Positions 32,143 through 45,911 of a stretch of DNA of 64,000 nucleotides are shown here, in pieces. Source of the stretch: Hamiltosporidium tvaerminnensis FI-OER-3-3. Lineage: Eukaryota > Fungi > Microsporidia. Every line of letters begins with the position of its first letter. The first letter of the stretch is position 1. The notes below the pieces were generated by a model. It had not been told where the DNA came from, did not search any database, and worked only from the letters and a program-made list of their open reading frames with translations. Both the position numbers and the translations under genes were made by a program. Location: the NCBI GenBank assembly GCA_022605425.2, contig JAKIMF020000011.1, positions 937,065 to 1,001,064 of the forward strand, in the 5' to 3' direction.

Positions 32143-34898
32143 ATGGTAGGAAAAATATTGCAAATTTCTATTCTTTTAATAAATATGGGCATTCTTCAAC
32201 TCAATAACTCAATGTATTTAAGAAGCGTTGGTGTGATGGCTGCAGCCTCATATGAAACAAGTGACAATGAACCTACTCGATCATCTACGGGAGAAGCAAT
32301 GATGGATGTTGATGACATGAATATTCAGATCATCAATGTAATTTTCAAAAGAGATGATTCCGAAAGAAATATTGAGCAAAAAACTGTAATGGATAAAAAT
32401 CCTATGTTTTATTTTCAAAGTGAACAAAGACCATTAGGTGGTTTATGTAATGGAAGTCATGAAAAAATTCATCAGGTAGCTGATTCAGTTGAAAATCCAG
32501 TAACTGATTTTCAATCAAAATTCAAATGTTCCCAAGGAAATCCAATGAAGTATCATACACTTGTTGAAAGCTATCAATTCATTATAACAAAAACAAAATC
32601 AGATTTGAAATGTTAGATAATCTTGAAATACATCTTCAGGGAAATACCCAGGCTCAGTTAATTTTACTGGACATTTTTTTTATAAGAGTTTTATGTGTTT
32701 CGAAAAACTTCTTGGTTTAAAGAAAGACGATTCATTATTTGATGTGTCTTTGGATTCTTTTACCGAAATAATGAAGCTGCTAGAATATCTTATTACCAAA
32801 CCAAGTAAAAATCTCGATGCATTTTTAATAGATTTATATAGAAAGAGCATTTTTTTTATCGAAATCTCGAGGTTTGTTTTAAACGAGAGGATTCGTTTTT
32901 GTCAGCTTTAATTTCCAATGAAGAACCAATGGAATGTGATCAGGCAGAGGGTAAGAATATTCTCTTGGAAAAGAATGACGGTTCTAAAGAAATACCACAA
33001 GATTTAAGTTATTCCGAATTTGCAGAAATCGTTGAAGAAACTTTAATATCCAAAGGATACTATGAATGGCCATTAGCTGCATATCTTTCAATTTTTAACC
33101 TTTCATTACAATATTGCAATGATGTACTTATAATTCAAAAACAAGCCAATCAGATATTCAGTTTCGATTTAGCAGACAAAACAATAGGTAAAAATTTTTA
33201 TGTCAGAATTATCAAAGGTTCATTCTTTTCCTTAGACCAAGCATGTACATTCCAAGAAAACATAGATATTTTATCGTTTTTCTTCAAAAATAAAAATATT
33301 TTGGGATTAGAACTTATAGATTTTGAACATGAACCCATGGCAGATGAAAAGTATATGCGACATGACGCCGAAATAATAAGAAAACCTGAAAATGAATTAC
33401 AAGAAGAAATAAATACTCGTGGTGCCTTGTTAAAATTAATGAATATACCAGCTTTTCGAGAAATTAAAACTCTTAAGATAAAAAATGTTGATTTACATGG
33501 AATCGATGTAAATATTCTATTTGAGTTGAAAAATCTTATAAATCTGGAAGTAACATCGGAATCTGAGGAAATAAAAAGGGGTATCGGAAAAATAATCCGA
33601 GAAAATAACAATCTCAAAAGTATTTTGCTCGAATCGGTTTTACTTAGCAAAATACTTTTTGATTCACTGAAAAAGGTTTCGCCCGAAGTATTCGTGCTAA
33701 AAAATTGCAAACCATATGAAAGAAATAGAAATACGAATTCAGAAACGATTTCCTTTCTATCGCTTTTTGAAGACAGTAAAAGTAAGTTTGGCCCTAAACT
33801 TTTGCAATTAGAAATTGTAGGCGGTAAAAATTTAAACCCGAATTTTTTCGCGCATTTAAAAAATTTAAAGATTCTAAAGTTGATTTCTTGTTTGAACGAG
33901 AATATATCAGAAGAAAGATTTAAAAACATCTCAGAAATAAAGAATTTAGAAGAATTGACTATTTCAGGTAATACGTTTTATCAAAATTTTACTCTAAAAA
34001 TATTTAGTGATATCACTTCTCTTTCTAAATTAGAGCTCGTAGATTGTGAAATTGATTTTTCATCGTATGAAAATACAAATTTATGTGCAAAAAATGGAAC
34101 TGTGACTTGAAAGAACTTTCTATATCGACAAATCATTCTGTTGGTGTTTTCAAATTTATAAACTGTTTTCCTACATTAGAAGTTTTAAATTTAAGTGAAT
34201 ATGATGTTAACGCCAATATCTATACTACCAACCAACTCAGTGTAGAGTTACCACCAAATTTAAAAGTTTTGAAACTTGAAAAATTAGGAAAAGCTTTCTT
34301 TAGAAAATTCCATATAACACCTCTGAAAAAGATAGAATCTTTATCATTGAGAGATTCAAATTTAATTACCTGTTGTGATTTTCTTAGAACCATCGATGAA
34401 ACTTCTCCATTAATCAAGCTCGATTTAAGTTCGTGTACGCTTAATATCATAGACACCAGGAAACTGAGAATTTACAAAACTGTGAAGCATCTATTTATTT
34501 ACGATACGCAGTTTCAAAATATGAATATAAATGAGTTCTTGGGGGAATTAAATGGATTTGCGCTAGAAGAAATATACATTAGCAATGTAGATCTTATTAT
34601 CAAAGGAGTTAAACTTATAAGCCAACTTAACAAGTTTCCTTCACTGAAGAAAATTTTTTTATATTCCGTTTCAATCCCAGAGAAATCTTTTGATTCAACG
34701 GAATTATCTGGATTTCCTAATTAAAAGCTCTTTTCTATTGGATATGACGAAAAAAATGTGTGTAAAAAGGAAATTGAAATATTAGAATCCTTTTTCAATT
34801 CCGAAATTCTTAAAACATTTAAAATTGATTCTCCATTAATTTTAACTAATGAAAAAAAACAGGCCCCTCTCGCCTCTGCTCCTGAGAGGGTAGAATAA
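32143..34898 (+). pseudogene. Leucine-rich-repeat protein gene broken into 4-5 frames
   Basis: Consecutive ORFs 32143-32616, 32693-32911, 32899-34110 and 34083-34724, plus a tail to 34898. LxxLxL motifs (IKTLKI, LKILKL, LEELTI, LEVLNL, LIKLDLSSC) and a hydrophobic N-terminus. Confidence 0.8.
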
Positions 34899-35299
34899 AA
34901 TCCTGAGAAGTTATTTATTCAATAAATTAAAAGTTTTTATTATTTTTTTATATTCTTAAATTTTTTCCCCTTTCGATTAAATTTCTATTGACAATAAAGA
35001 AAACCGCACTTCGCTGGCACGAAATTTGCCCTTTTTATATACGTTAAACTAAAATATTTTTCTTAGAAGGTACTTCATATGTTGTGAAGCATTAGACTTT
35101 TAAAAATACATTGTAAATCAAAACTTTCAAAGTTTGTGTTCTTATAAAAACTCATTATTATTCTTCATAAAAATTTGTGTTTTTTTTTCTTTGATTTTAA
35201 ATTTGTGCTGAAAATCATTTATTATAATCATATTTAGGTATTTTTATTTAATTTAAATCCGAGTTACAAGTTGCAGACTTTTAAATATTTTCCCACTAT

Positions 35300-35525
35300 T
35301 TTAAGACTTTATTCTCTTCCTCAACTCCGGTTCTTCATTTGCGTTAATTTTCGGTTCCTTCACGGCGGTTACGCCATCTAAATCAAGGGCATAATACTTT
35401 TTCCTATTTTCTATTTTAACAGCAATTTCCTTGTTGCCTACTTGCTTTAAATTCTGTTTTGGTTGCTTTATGCATAACAACTCCCAAAATAACACTTACA
35501 GATGCTCTCTCCCGGCTCTCTTCGA
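35300..35525 (-). mobile_element. 3' fragment of a diverged subfamily of the RLE retrotransposon
   Basis: Minus strand GAAGAGAGCCGGGAGAGAGCATC vs GAAGAGAGCTGGGAGAGAGCGTC (4259 on). VTAVKEPKINANEEPEL aligns with GTTLEEPTNNINEESDL. Confidence 0.6.
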
Positions 35526-36082
35526 GAAAAAAGAATAAAGATGAATCTTAAGTATTTTCATTTATAGATACAATTCTTTAAATTAAACATATGTTTTATT
35601 TAAAAACCAATCCTTGAAAAACACAATGTACCAAACATATTTTGAATATAATTTTTTAGAAAAAGTGTCACAAATAATTAATTTGAATGCATTTGAAAAA
35701 TGGTTCTCTAATGTACAAAATGACTAATAATTAAAGTATTTTCAGAATAAAATAAATGCACATAAATTCAACAAAAATTTAAATATATTTTAAAAAATTA
35801 GGAATTTATTGCAAATCAGATAGACTTTTGAAATCTAAAATTTAACATTACAATTTAAATCAAATTAAAAATTTGTTGAATGATTTATAAGGCTGACAAC
35901 AATCTTTTTTATAGCAAATCAAAGTATATAGTAAAGAATAACTAGCCCTAAGCATTAGATTATATTATCATAGATTTTTCTTTAGCGAGATAATGAAAAT
36001 TAAATATAATTTACAATTATAAAAAAATTTAACCAATATTTATTCCTAAATATAATTATTTTCTTATTTATTGATATAAATT

Positions 36083-36805
36083 CTTTATTTAAAAGTATCA
36101 CATCTTTTTTAAAACAGTGGCAAGTGTTATATTTGTTTTTATGACGTTAACGCAGTTCTGGGTTTAGCATAAATAACTACTAACCCACCCCTCCATCAGT
36201 ACTCCAAGCGATACCTATGTCCCAAAGCCCTTTATTACCAAGTGTGTTGAACCTAATTAATAGGCGAGAAGGTTGCCCAGAGTTCGTCAATGTCTGTTGC
36301 ATGGAGTGTGATCGAAGGCCGAAGCCCACCGGGCTCCTCCAAGACTTTGCAGCATTCCCACTCACTCTACACTTTCTGAACACAATAATCTTCTAGCTAA
36401 GCTATATTTTGGAGATTTAGATGAGGTCCACCTAGACAGTGCAATGTCATACCAACAGGTATAACCTGCTACTTAGCTCACAGCTTTTAATGGTTTTTTG
36501 TTTTATATCTACCAGGCGCTAAGTCTTCTAACCCGAGTGAGTAAGGCTAGGTTTCCATGCTTTTACATGGCAATTACCTACATGTTCAGCTGCGTTCTGC
36601 AATCTGGTTACATAAAAAACACAAATAAATTCGTAGAAAAAGTTTCTCCATTTATTAGACCTCTCCTCTACATAACAACTCCCATGGAACAACCGAAGAT
36701 GTTATGTGGTTTTATTCCCACCAAAAATCCAAACAATGATCTCACACCAGTTTCACGCACTCATTGCCAAGCAGAAAGTTTTTTATGCGGTTATCCTCCC
36801 TCCAC
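36083..36805 (-). mobile_element. Family A SINE-like repeat, near-intact copy
   Basis: Same termini as 19067-19796 and high internal identity. Confidence 0.92.
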
Positions 36806-38339
36806 GTATCAAATTTAAAAATATCTTAATTAATCTTAATATGTGTTTGTATGAATCTTAGAAAGAAGTAAAATTTTCAAATCAAAAAAATAAAATATTA
36901 TCTCAAATAACGAATGAATCGCATTAAAAGAAATGATTTTTATACAATGAATTATCAAATTGAGACTTTTATAGAATTTATTGACCCGAAAGCATCAAAG
37001 AAATAATTCTATTTTTTTTCTATTTTTAACAAACATCTATATATTTAAGAATTTGTAATAAGTCAATAAATCATTATTAAAAGTCTGTTTCTTTCTGTTT
37101 TTAAAAAATTTTTTGTTTTCAGCCAATAATCTAAACGTAAAAATAATTTCCCATGCGCTAAACAAATCTTTCAAAATGAATATTAAATTATCTTCTCAAT
37201 TTAATTTTTAAGTATAATTACAGACTTACAAGTTTATTTTCCAAAAGTTTTTTTTATTTTATAAAAAATTCCATGGTTTATAATTTTACATTTAAAACCG
37301 TAGAACTGCTTACCATGTGTAAATAAAGATCCCTTAACGCAGATAAGCTAATATTCTCTTATAAACAAATGTGTAAATAGAAGAACGGTGTGAAACATCT
37401 AAAAGCACAAAAAAAAACATTCCGTTATTCTAGATAGAGAATTTTAGAAAAAACATACAAAGAGTACAATTTAGAAGAAGAAATTCAAGTGTTATAGAAC
37501 TGAGAGGAAATATATAAAAGTATTAAAAAAACATTTTAACCAGAAATTCGATTAAAAAGCTTAGTATAAGTAATTTACCATTTCTGATTACTGAAATTTA
37601 TTTTTAGATGCGACTATTATGATATTGGTTCAAAATAATACATTTATTTTAATATATTTTAATTCCTTGCTATAAACTATTCAAGTAATTTCTCAAATCT
37701 AGATGTAAATATATTTTAAACTTGGGTTAAGTCCTTGATAATGATTATAATCTTGAAAATAGAACAAGAGACGGCTAGTTAGATAAAGTATTCTGTTTGA
37801 AACAAATCTTTTCTTGTAATTTATTTAAAGTCAAAAATTAAATTAAATTTGATCTTAAATTGCATTGATTGTACGGTGTATTTAAAATACCGTTATTTGC
37901 GTAAATGAATAATGCACATTTAAAATTCTGGATATTTATTTTCTTGGTACTTTCATGGCAGTTTATTTTACCTGCATTTATACTTCACGTAAGAAAAACA
38001 TTAAAAAGTACAAAAAAATCCTCGAGAAAAAAATTTCAAAATTAGAAAATTAAAATTTAGGATTGTGCTGACATAGCTGAACTATGCTATTTCACATGTT
38101 TGTGCAATAAAACAATGAATTTTACGTTATTTATAAAGTGTTAAAAGTGATTAATTTTTTAATTGGTTTGCATTGTATGAGAATTTTGTATAGTTCAAAT
38201 ATATTTTTATATTTCTTTTTCTTTAAGTAAATAGTAAAATAAAAATTTTAAAAATAAGAAACTAATATTATAATTGCAATCGTATCGATTTTACCTGATT
38301 GTATATAATAGTAAAACAAAATTTAATCGCAGTATTAAT

Positions 38340-39048
38340 TTTTTTTATGACCATCACATCTTTTTAATACTGGCATACTTTATATGATATTCATGATTTA
38401 AAATATTTCTAGGGTAACCTAGATAAACTTAACTTTAATGTTCTGTTGGCATTTTCTATAATACCTGCATCCTAAAGCCTTTCATCTAAATTAGGTGTGA
38501 AATGAATTAAATAAACGAGGTATTGGGCTCGAATTTCTTTATTTAGGTTTATTTATGTGTTATAGCAGGTCGAACCCCGCGTTAGGCCCCATAAGACCAG
38601 CTGCATTTACACACACTCTAGACTTATCATACCAAAAAGAGTTCCGGCTAATATATATTTCAGCCTTTTTATTTGTTAAATTAGACGCTGTGAGGTTATT
38701 GTAACACATATAACTTGCTATTTAATATAGTGGAATATTTAATAAGTTTATTTTTGTATTCCCCGGTGTCAAGTCTTTTGACTTAGTAAATAAGACTAGT
38801 TTTAGTTGTATTTACATGGAAATCACCTAAATGTTATTATAGTCGCACAATCTATTTACATAGAAAACTACAAACTTCTTTCTCAAAAATCTTTAAAATT
38901 TTGTAAACCTTTTTTTGCATATACAAATGCCAACGTAATAACCAAAAATACACAATAGTTTTTTTCCCAAAAAAAATTAGAACTATAATTTACTCATTGG
39001 CTTCGTCTATCCAAGAAAGCAGAAAATTTTTATTGTGTATATTCCTTT
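38340..39048 (-). mobile_element. Family A repeat, old degenerate full-length copy
   Basis: ATCACATCTTTTTAA, AAAGCCTTTCATCTA, ATATATTTCAG, TTTACATGG and AAGCAGAAAATTTTTAT occur in the right order and spacing. Confidence 0.75.
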
Positions 39049-39359
39049 AAATTTTATTTTCTAAAGCTAAGGATTTAACTTTAAGATAAATTACAAATTA
39101 TTACAAAATTTGGTAAATTTCATATTGCTTTCATAAGTTTTTATATTTTCTAAGAATTAGAGATCTAAAATAAACGACATTTTATTTCTACAATATATAA
39201 GTCGAAATAAATGTTTTTTGAACAATTTCACCTTTAGTAAATTCTGATTTGAGCATAATAAATCATCTGCTATACAATTTCGTATATTCGACTGAAAAAT
39301 GTCCAATTATTTATAAATTTAAACTCAAAATAATATAGATATAATTTTTCAAAATGTTA

Positions 39360-39915
39360 TTGTTACAAAATACAAATTTTTAAAAACGAAAAAACGTATG
39401 AAGTATTACCTGTTTGCCAATGAGCCAAATCTTATGAATAAGCATAGTGTTGAGAAATCCCATATGTGATGTCCCGGAATATTATTTTGTCAAAATACCG
39501 TAAAAAATACCTCAAAAGATTGCAAATGGCCATAAACATAGATGCATGTATTAAATCCATAGTACCTAGAAGAAATCTGAAGCAATTTCCTTGGATCAAT
39601 AAAAAAGACTCGTGTTAGATAAAATGCAAAAAAGAGCTAGGAAAGAGTGTAAATACGTGTTATTAAGAGAGCTGAGATGCATGATGAACCAATACCTCTT
39701 TAAAACAAGTGAGAAACGAGTAAATTATAGTAAAATATTTTAAAACAATAAATGAAACACTTCTTAATTTTAGATGAAGGAACCACATTTCGAGAATCGA
39801 CGATAAACAATAATAAAGAGTCGGTTTTATAAGAAGAACAGATAGTAGTCTTAGAGGTAGAAATTAAAGCATAAAAGTCCGTAATAAAGCTTCTAATTTG
39901 TAATTTTATTTAAAA
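39360..39915 (+). mobile_element. Degenerate 3' fragment of the RLE retrotransposon
   Basis: GAAGTATTACCTGTTTGCCAATGAG, GTGTTGAGA, GAGATGCATGATGAACCAATACC, GGAACCAC and GAGGTAGAA are collinear with ~4015-4545. Confidence 0.8.
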
Positions 39916-42900
39916 ATATAAAAATACTATAAAGTTATTTGAGAAAGATATAGGTTTGGTAAGAATACCAAAATATCCATATTTGAAAATCTCAAAAATT
40001 CAGTTCAATTTTGATTGGAGAAAAAAATAATAGAAAAAGCTTAAAATAATCATTGATTGTAAAAATTTAAAACAATACTGTTTAATAAGAAATGTCGTTA
40101 AAATATCCATATTTAAAAAATCAACGAATTATAACACTTTAATCAAATAAAACGTTAAATTTGCCGAAAATTATTAATGATTTTAAATATTTTAATGAAT
40201 AATTAACTCAAAAATACAAAAAAAAATTCAACTAAGTATATTAAGCGAGCGATAGAAAAAATTAAAATTTTACTTAAAGAATATAAAAAAAAGCGACACA
40301 ACAAGTAACTTAATTTAAGAAAATTTTATTTTCCAAAGCAACTTTCATATAATGCCTTTCTTTAATTTGATATATAATCTGAAGAATTCGATATTTTCAG
40401 AAAAGTAAAAATTTTAAATTTCTAACTGCAAAAAATGGCATAAAATTTATACTGAATAAGCCTTGATTATCTTTTGAACTTCAACAACATTCCGAATTTA
40501 TTTTTAACTAAAAATTTTCTGTATAAATCTGATTCTTTTTCACTTGTATTGAATTATGTCTAAATCAGTCTATCATTTGCAAATTTATTATTAAAATATT
40601 TAGAATACTGATAATTTGAATAATGACAAGTTTCAAAGTAGATAGATCAATCAAAAGAAAGAAATTTTTATGTACTTCTTGGCATATAAATTCGAATTTT
40701 ATTTCTTTTAATAACTAAATTTAAAATCAATTAAAATATTTTTTGTTTGAATAATATTTCAAATCCTTCAAGAATGTTTTAAAAATATTAGCAATTGTTG
40801 TTAAGTTTATTTCTAGCCCAAAAAATGCTTCATGGAAATATTCCTTTTATTTGCAAAAAGGATTTATGATACACAAAATTTTAGAATATTTACATTGTTC
40901 TCAATAATATCAATTAACTTTATATGGAATTAGTTCGATATTTCTCTTAAAAAGTTCTTTACCGAGTTGTTTGCATTATGATAAAATCGGTTACATGTAT
41001 TTATTCATGAAAACAAAAGGCAAGGTTATACATTTCAACTTTTGGTTTCTTTTATTGAACAAAAGATCAAATTTAATATTTTCAAAAATCAAACATTTTT
41101 TATTATCTGAGAATACACATGAAGCCCGTCAAACAATGATGTACAATATTCATCGTAAGTTTCAAGGTTTTTTTTCTCGCAAATAAATTTAAATTTATTA
41201 CCTCAGGTTAGATACATAATAGCGTTCCGATTATCCAGATCCTAATAATATTTCACTGTTTCTACTTCGGTAGAATTCAAATTTCTAAAATTTGAACATC
41301 GTCTTTTTTAAAAAGTGATTTATATTTTTTATATGTTAGAAATGAATGTATATTTTTTTTCTAGATATCATATTATCATGTCTAAAAAATCCAACAACTG
41401 ATTTTCAAAAAAAAAATTCAGGCTCAGATCAAATATGATATGTGTTAATATCACATTACACCTATTTATTATTCTTAGATCACGTCTAGTTAATTTTTTT
41501 AACAATTCACTGTATTTATCCTTTAAAATCAACTTATCTGCACTTCAATCAAATATACTTCGCGTTCATTTTCGAATTCTTCTATTTATATATTAGAATT
41601 CAAAATCAAAAAAACAATGCGTTAAACCATACAGATTATCAATAAAAGAATCACTTTTTTTAACAATTATTTTTATACATTCATATAATTTTTTAACATT
41701 CAAAAAATACTGCACTAACTTTTCTATTTTTTTAATGTTTCTATTGGTTCAATACAAACTAAATAAAAAGATGAATTCAGTTCAATTTAAATTTTTTCCG
41801 ATTATTTACATCAAAATAATTTCCTTAATATACCTTATAATAACCAAATTAATTTCTTTGTTTGCGCTTCATCTATAATTTTTTTCATTCCGTTCCACCA
41901 GATTTTCTCAAAAAATCTTTTTAAATTTTGGGAAATATAAAATTTTTTGAATTCTTTATCACATCTGATGAAAATAATTTGATTTTACATTACAGATAAA
42001 GAAATCTCACCTCAATATTCCTATAATGGGTATATTTTGATTTTTGACTATTTATATTTTTTATTTATCTACATTAAAGGTGTGCTTTCAATCGAAACCA
42101 AAATAAGGCTGTTTTTAAAATTCAAAGTTTTGCATAAGAGATGTATAACAATAAATATATTTTATTAAGAAAAATGTTCTTTGAATCCTGAAATTTTTGT
42201 ACGAAAATTCGCATTTATAAGTGACAGGAAGTTTAAAATTTAAAAATTAGAAAATTTATATAGTCTAAGAATTTGCAATCGGTTTTGATAAAAAACATAA
42301 TTGATACTAAAAAAATATAAGTTTTTATTTATTTTGCTTTCACTTAAACTTTTCTAAGTTTGATTTAACATATAAATAATTTTTTTTTACTTTTGTACTC
42401 AAGTTTGAAAATCAAAAGAGTATAAAATCATCTGTTTAGCTAAATTTAAAATCTAAAACAATATATTCAAGTAAGGTTATATTTAAAATGCTCGTTTTAG
42501 CATTAATCATTCATAATTTTCCATCAAATATAATGTTCTATCTTAATATTTTAAGAATGTTTAAAAAAACATCTGCTCTTTTTCAAAAATATTTTTATAC
42601 TCAATCGAATTTCAGATGGCTTCCAAATAATGTATGAGATAATTTTATTCTCATTTAAGCTTTGCACGGTTTAATTTACATATAGAAGAATTGCCAATAA
42701 ATTATTAATTTGAACAACCGGTTACATTTAGTCTAAAATAATAATTATTGTTTAGAGATTCGATCATTATCTAAGAAAACACATGTATAATAACCTTCAA
42801 ACATCTTTCTTTGATCACTAGTCTGATTAAACTCAATGAAATTTTAGAGTAAGAAAATTTGTATGAAATATCTTAATATTTATTTAATTCAGTGTTAAGC

Positions 42901-43629
42901 TTATTTCTTAAAATGTTTCCGCATTTTTAACCGCTTTTTCACTCTCTTTTATATTTGGCTCAATTTAAAATGATTTTATCAAATCTTCTTTTTCACTTGT
43001 ATTATACAAAATCATAAATACGATATTTGCCTTGATGTCAGCTTTATACTTTCTTCTCTCTTGTAATATATTCTTTGTTCGGGAACTGACAACAGAATTC
43101 CTTTTGATACAGATATGCTATTATGTGATACATTTTTCAGACACTAATACGCATTTATTATCGCCCGATTCTCCCACCGATAAAAACGATTACTTTGGGC
43201 TCTTTTGTGAGTAAATAAAAGCCATGTCCATCTATTATATGAGCATATGTGTCCGGTAAAATTCATCCTATGTTATTCTGCGCCAATATCAGCTCAATTA
43301 TCTCATGGAATATAAGATTAATACAAAACCATAAACGAGACCCATTAGTTTGCCACAAATAAATCACATTTTTTCATTTCCACAATTAGCAGAAACAGCG
43401 AAAAGAAATGTGCCTTAAAAATCTCGACTCATGATATATTTCTTCTCTAGATTTATGTCTTCAGTCAAAGATTAGAAAATCATCATAATTCAAAAAATTC
43501 AATTCTTATCTCGTTAGAAGATTTTAAAATGAAACAATGAATTTTAAAGAGCAAATATTTTTAAACAACAACAAAGATGAAAAGTTTTATAAATATTGCT
43601 TCACTTAAATTTGATATATCAAAATCAAA

Positions 43630-45911
43630 TTTAATTAATTTAATTTTAATAACATCCTAACGTGGTGTGTAAAGATCATATTTCTGATCATTTACAATGA
43701 AAATTTCCAGTTTAACAAATTTAGCTAAATATAAATTCACCGCTGCCACATTTGTTTCTGTTTCATCGTAAATTTTTAACATAACCAAAGTATCCTTAAT
43801 AACACCTTCAATCAAATTATAATATATTTGAAGAAGATTTTTTTGCGTATGAATCAGTATTAAAGAACTAATTTTTAATTTAGAAATATACCTAAGATCA
43901 TCTTCGCTTAAAGAAAAATATTCAATATGGACAGATCCAATAATTCTATCGGAGATATAAGACCAAAAATTAACGTGAATTTTGAATCAAACGACACTTT
44001 ATAAAATACTAAATTTACTAATTTAGGCATCTTACAAAAAATATCATATTCTTCTATATCAAAACTATAATCCCCTATTTTTAATGTCTGGATAGTTTCA
44101 ATAAGTTTACTCCTATAAAGTTCTATCAATGACTTTTTCGGAATACTTAAAAACCTAAGGTCTAAAGTTTTAAGTTTATTTAAAGTTAAAAGTAAATCGA
44201 AGACAAATCCGTTTTGTTAATTTGAATGTATACAAATTCCCTCGATACGATTTAAAACATTCGATTGTATCAATCCGAAAAAAAAATATTGCAAACTCCA
44301 ATAAAAACTAGCGTTTAAATATTCTAACCTCCTAGAAAATTTTAGATTCTTAAAAAAACAAGAAGTAAGAGATTCTTCCACATTAGGAATATTCAAATGC
44401 TTTATTTTTTTTAAAAAGGTATCTCTTTGATTTGGAACAGGCATTTCAGAAAAATATTTTGCGTTCACAATTGAGATTATTTCCAAACAAGAAAATTCCC
44501 ACAATAATCTAAGAAAGGAGAGATCATATTGGCAGTCTAAAACATAAAAATTCTTACATTTTTTAAATATGGAATATTTAAATCTCTCTTTGAACACTAT
44601 ATTTAAAAATATGCAGTTATCAAAATGAAGGGTCACTATATTCGAATTCAAAACTGATTCTAAATTCTCCGAAGTAATCTCCATGTTATGCAGTCTTACT
44701 TCTTGTAAAAATTTTGGAATTTGAATAAAAGCAAAAGGCATATGTTTTTCGGAACGGTTATACGCTATGAATAGCTGTTTTAAGCTCTTAAATTTATTTA
44801 AATCGTTGCAGATTTCAGAATCTGTAGAAATTATATCTATCGAAATGCTTTGCAAAGAATTTTTATAAATGCTACCATCGATGAAAGAAAAAAATTGTTT
44901 CATTGTATTACAACAGTCTATAATTCTTGGTTGATCATCCTTCAAAATTCGTAGCAAGCTCATATTAGATCCATAGTTCTTTAAAATACACTTATAATTT
45001 CGAAATAATCTAAGAGAATTTATATTATTAATCGAAAATAATAGATCAAATAGATTTCTAAGATATTGGTTATTCAAACCAGACATTATAGAATTCATAA
45101 CATGTGCATTAAGACTTAAATGATACGATTCAAAATAATTTATATTTGATTTTCTATGAGTGTGAATTTCAACACCGTTTATGTAAAGTAAGATGTAATT
45201 TTTTCTGGAAAGCGCCTGAAGACTTAATTTTTCAAACAGACGCAATAAAAGATGCAAGCAAAATTCTTTATTAAAAAGCGATCTAAATATTCTAGCCAGA
45301 TTTTCAATTTCATCTCTATTGAGACTATTCGTTATACCATCTTTTAGCAAAGAGAAAACAACCTATGAATAATCGGTATCCTTTTTTGGGATAAAAAAAT
45401 CAAATAAACCCAAAATAGCTATAAATTCAGTCATTTTGAGTATTCTTTCGCGTTTCATAAATTTGAAGCCCGTAATTGAATTCAAAAAGACAAGAAACAA
45501 TTCCATTGAAATAATTTCCTCTAAATAGATCGGATTTCTGCTGTAATTATTGTTATTGAAATATTTATCAAGAAAATCAAAATATACTTTGAAGTTGTTA
45601 TGATATTTTATGCAAAGTTGAATAATTATCAGTTCATATTTCGAAATTTTCATTTTCTTAGATTTTTTCGAACTCGAAAAACGAATACATTTATATTTGA
45701 CAAATTCATCGGCGTTGATGATTCTGATTTTATATTTTATTCCATTCAAACATCTGAGCAGTTTTACATTTGAACTCAACTTAAACGCTATCCACAAATC
45801 ATTGCCACATATTATATTTGAGAAGTAAAAAATTACATTCAAATGTATAATTTTGCCCAAAAAATTTGAATTGAAAGCTTTTAAACAATTAAAGGGATGC
45901 AAAAAATTCAT
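43630..45911 (-). pseudogene. Second broken LRR-type protein gene
   Basis: ORFs 45363-45911, 44217-45350 and 43908-44129 with LRR-like motifs (LKQLFI, LQEVRL, IKHLNI, LEYLNA, IELLDLS). CCC immediately before the ATG at 45911. Confidence 0.7.
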